The position numbers and the translations under genes were made by a program. Shown piece by piece: positions 62,390 through 64,000 of a stretch of DNA of 64,000 nt (position 1 is the stretch's first letter; each line of letters starts with the position of its first letter). Below the pieces are notes generated by a model. That model worked only from the letters and a program-made list of their open reading frames with translations, had not been told where the DNA came from and did not search any database. Origin of the DNA: Myxococcales bacterium. GTDB lineage: Bacteria > Myxococcota_A > Polyangia > Palsa-1104 > JAEUJZ01. Where the stretch lies: NCBI GenBank assembly GCA_016794505.1, contig JAEUJZ010000049.1:136-64135 (forward strand), written 5' to 3'.

Positions 62390-62927
62390 CTTCAAATGTA
62401 CATGGGCTGCGCGCTGAGCATTCAACAGTTCCGCACGGAACCATGGCTTCGAGGCTGCGGTCGAAGCTGCGCGTGTCCCGTCCCGCTCGCTCACCCAGGC
62501 ACACACCGCCGCCGCGGCACGAAGCCGGCACAGTAAATATTGATTAATAAACTGATGGCTGTCTTTTGTGTTGGGGGCCTGAGGAAGCTCAATTATCAAT
62601 TATAAAGAGAGGTGCGTAAAACCTTGCCAGCGCCGGACGTGGCGAGCGTTGTTTTATGATGAAAAGGATGCCGAGAGGCGGAGGCTCGTCACTGCTGAAG
62701 GTTAAGGGGGGCCCCTCGCTAGGGGGACGACGGCGTGGGGCGCTGCGCGAGCGGAGTCGCAAGCATCCTCGCCGAAATGAATGGGGCCGCGCGGCGCGGG
62801 AAAAAAGGAATCATTATAGGGACTTAGGACTGCGCACAGAGCGTCTGCGCAGCAAGTGTGTTGTCGAATCTAAGCGGCCATTGCTACTTACATGATTGGA
62901 ACGTAAAATAGTCTGCTCAGTACACAT

Positions 62928-64000
62928 ATGACCGGCCAGGTGATTGGAAAGTACCGCTTAGGTCGCAAGCTCGGCGAGGGCGGCATGGGGATGGTCTTTG
63001 AGGCGGTGCGTGAAGACATCGGAGGCCGTGCCGCAGTCAAGCTGTTGCACGCCGAGCTCGCGCGGAACGTCGAGATCTCGATGCGCTTCTTCAATGAAGC
63101 GCGGGCCGCCAACCTGCTTGAGCACCCGACGATCGTGCGGGTCTTCGACTACGGCAATCTGCCCGATGGCCGCGCCTATCTGGCGATGGAGTATCTAGAG
63201 GGCGAGTCGCTGGCCAGCCGCATCAAGCGCAGCGGTCGCCTGGCGATTCCCGATGTGCTGCGCCTGAGCCGTCAGATCGCCGCCGGACTTTCGGCCGCGC
63301 ACGCCAAGAAGGTGATCCACCGCGACCTGAAGCCAGCCAATGTCATGGTCGTCCCCGAGAGCGAGATGGCGGGCGGCGAGCGGGTGAAGATCCTCGACTT
63401 CGGTATCGCCAAGCTCAGCGAGTCAGAAGCGGGAAAGAACCTGCACACCAAGACCGGCGCGCTCATGGGAACCCCGATCTATATGTCGCCCGAGCAGTGC
63501 CGCGGCGCCGGACGCGTTGACGAGAAGACCGATGTCTACTCGCTGGGCATCATGCTGTTCGAGATGCTGGCCGGTGGCCCGCCGTTCTCGGCAGAGGGGC
63601 AGGGCGAAGTGATCGCGCTGCACATGTTTCAGCCGCCGCCGCCGCTTCAGCACTACGTCCCCGAGGCGCCGCCCGAGCTGGCGTCGCTGGTGTCGACGAT
63701 GCTGGCCAAGGACGCGACGGTGCGTCCGACGATGCAGCAGGTCGCGGCGACGCTTCAGTCGCTGGCGGCGCAGGGCGGACAGACGTCGATTCCACCGACG
63801 AGCGCAACGGCGCCCGTCGGCAGCTCGCCGCTCGCCAGCACGCTGCCGCCGAGCAGCATTCGCGGCAGCTTGCACAGCAACACGCGCAGCGGAGGCGGCA
63901 CGCGCATCGCCCTGCTCATCGCGAGTTGCGTCCTCATCCTTGGCGCGGGCGCGGCGCTGTTCCTCGTGCGCGATCCGTCGCCTGAGCCCGATGCGACGCG
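62928..64000 (+). CDS. Ser/Thr protein kinase, 3'-partial (runs off window)
   Basis: MTGQVIGKYRLGRKLGEGGMGMVFEA, HRDLKPAN, DFGIAK, SPEQ; no stop before the window end. Confidence 0.8.
   Translation, partial: MTGQVIGKYRLGRKLGEGGMGMVFEAVREDIGGRAAVKLLHAELARNVEISMRFFNEARAANLLEHPTIVRVFDYGNLPDGRAYLAMEYLEGESLASRIKRSGRLAIPDVLRLSRQIAAGLSAAHAKKVIHRDLKPANVMVVPESEMAGGERVKILDFGIAKLSESEAGKNLHTKTGALMGTPIYMSPEQCRGAGRVDEKTDVYSLGIMLFEMLAGGPPFSAEGQGEVIALHMFQPPPPLQHYVPEAPPELASLVSTMLAKDATVRPTMQQVAATLQSLAAQGGQTSIPPTSATAPVGSSPLASTLPPSSIRGSLHSNTRSGGGTRIALLIASCVLILGAGAALFLVRDPSPEPDAT

Noticed and set aside
61442-62536. 364-aa plus-strand ORF antisense to the Ser/Thr kinase
   Set aside because: It is antisense to a kinase gene with all catalytic motifs and is a GC-rich artefact.
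62656-62895. 79-aa Arg/Gly-rich ORF in the AT-rich divergent promoter region
   Set aside because: It has no start context or motifs and the region is better explained as a regulatory intergenic region.

Overview
This window is high-GC (about 68-70%) bacterial DNA. The MYXO-CTERM sorting signal, the many eukaryotic-like Ser/Thr kinases, the Ycf48-like propeller paralogs and the TSP3/OmpA proteins point to a myxobacterial (Myxococcota) chromosome. The main structural feature is an MsbA-like ABC exporter gene split into a 5' piece (1-421) and a 3' piece (36950-38218) by about 36.5 kb of intervening DNA. That DNA is partitioned by four related att-like junction sequences (392-403, 6019-6036, 8371-8400, 36946-36964) into three tandem segments. 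E1 (about 5.6 kb) has a tyrosine integrase plus a lectin/MYXO-CTERM protein and an OmpA-TSP3 protein. E2 (about 2.4 kb) has a CAP-domain lipoprotein and a second, closely related integrase in mirror orientation. E3 (about 28.6 kb) has 19-bp direct repeats and no integrase. E3 carries an SPFH pair, a SulP-gamma-carbonic-anhydrase fusion, an orphan Dam methyltransferase, two papain-fold (C39-like) peptidase-domain genes sitting in conspicuously low-GC DNA, one of them in an operon with a 964-aa secreted protein, and also guaBA and an ECF-sigma/anti-sigma/CtpA cluster. Right of the island are an RRM RNA-binding protein, a CpxP-like/response-regulator/histidine-kinase operon, an S46 peptidase, SelO, a VWA protein and three Ser/Thr kinases. 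A second low-GC islet (51.86-55.28 kb) holds a divergent XRE repressor with two palindromic operators, a three-gene operon ending in an HTH-ImmA/IrrE metallopeptidase fusion, and a compact IS element. No rRNA, tRNA or CRISPR arrays were recognised by eye.
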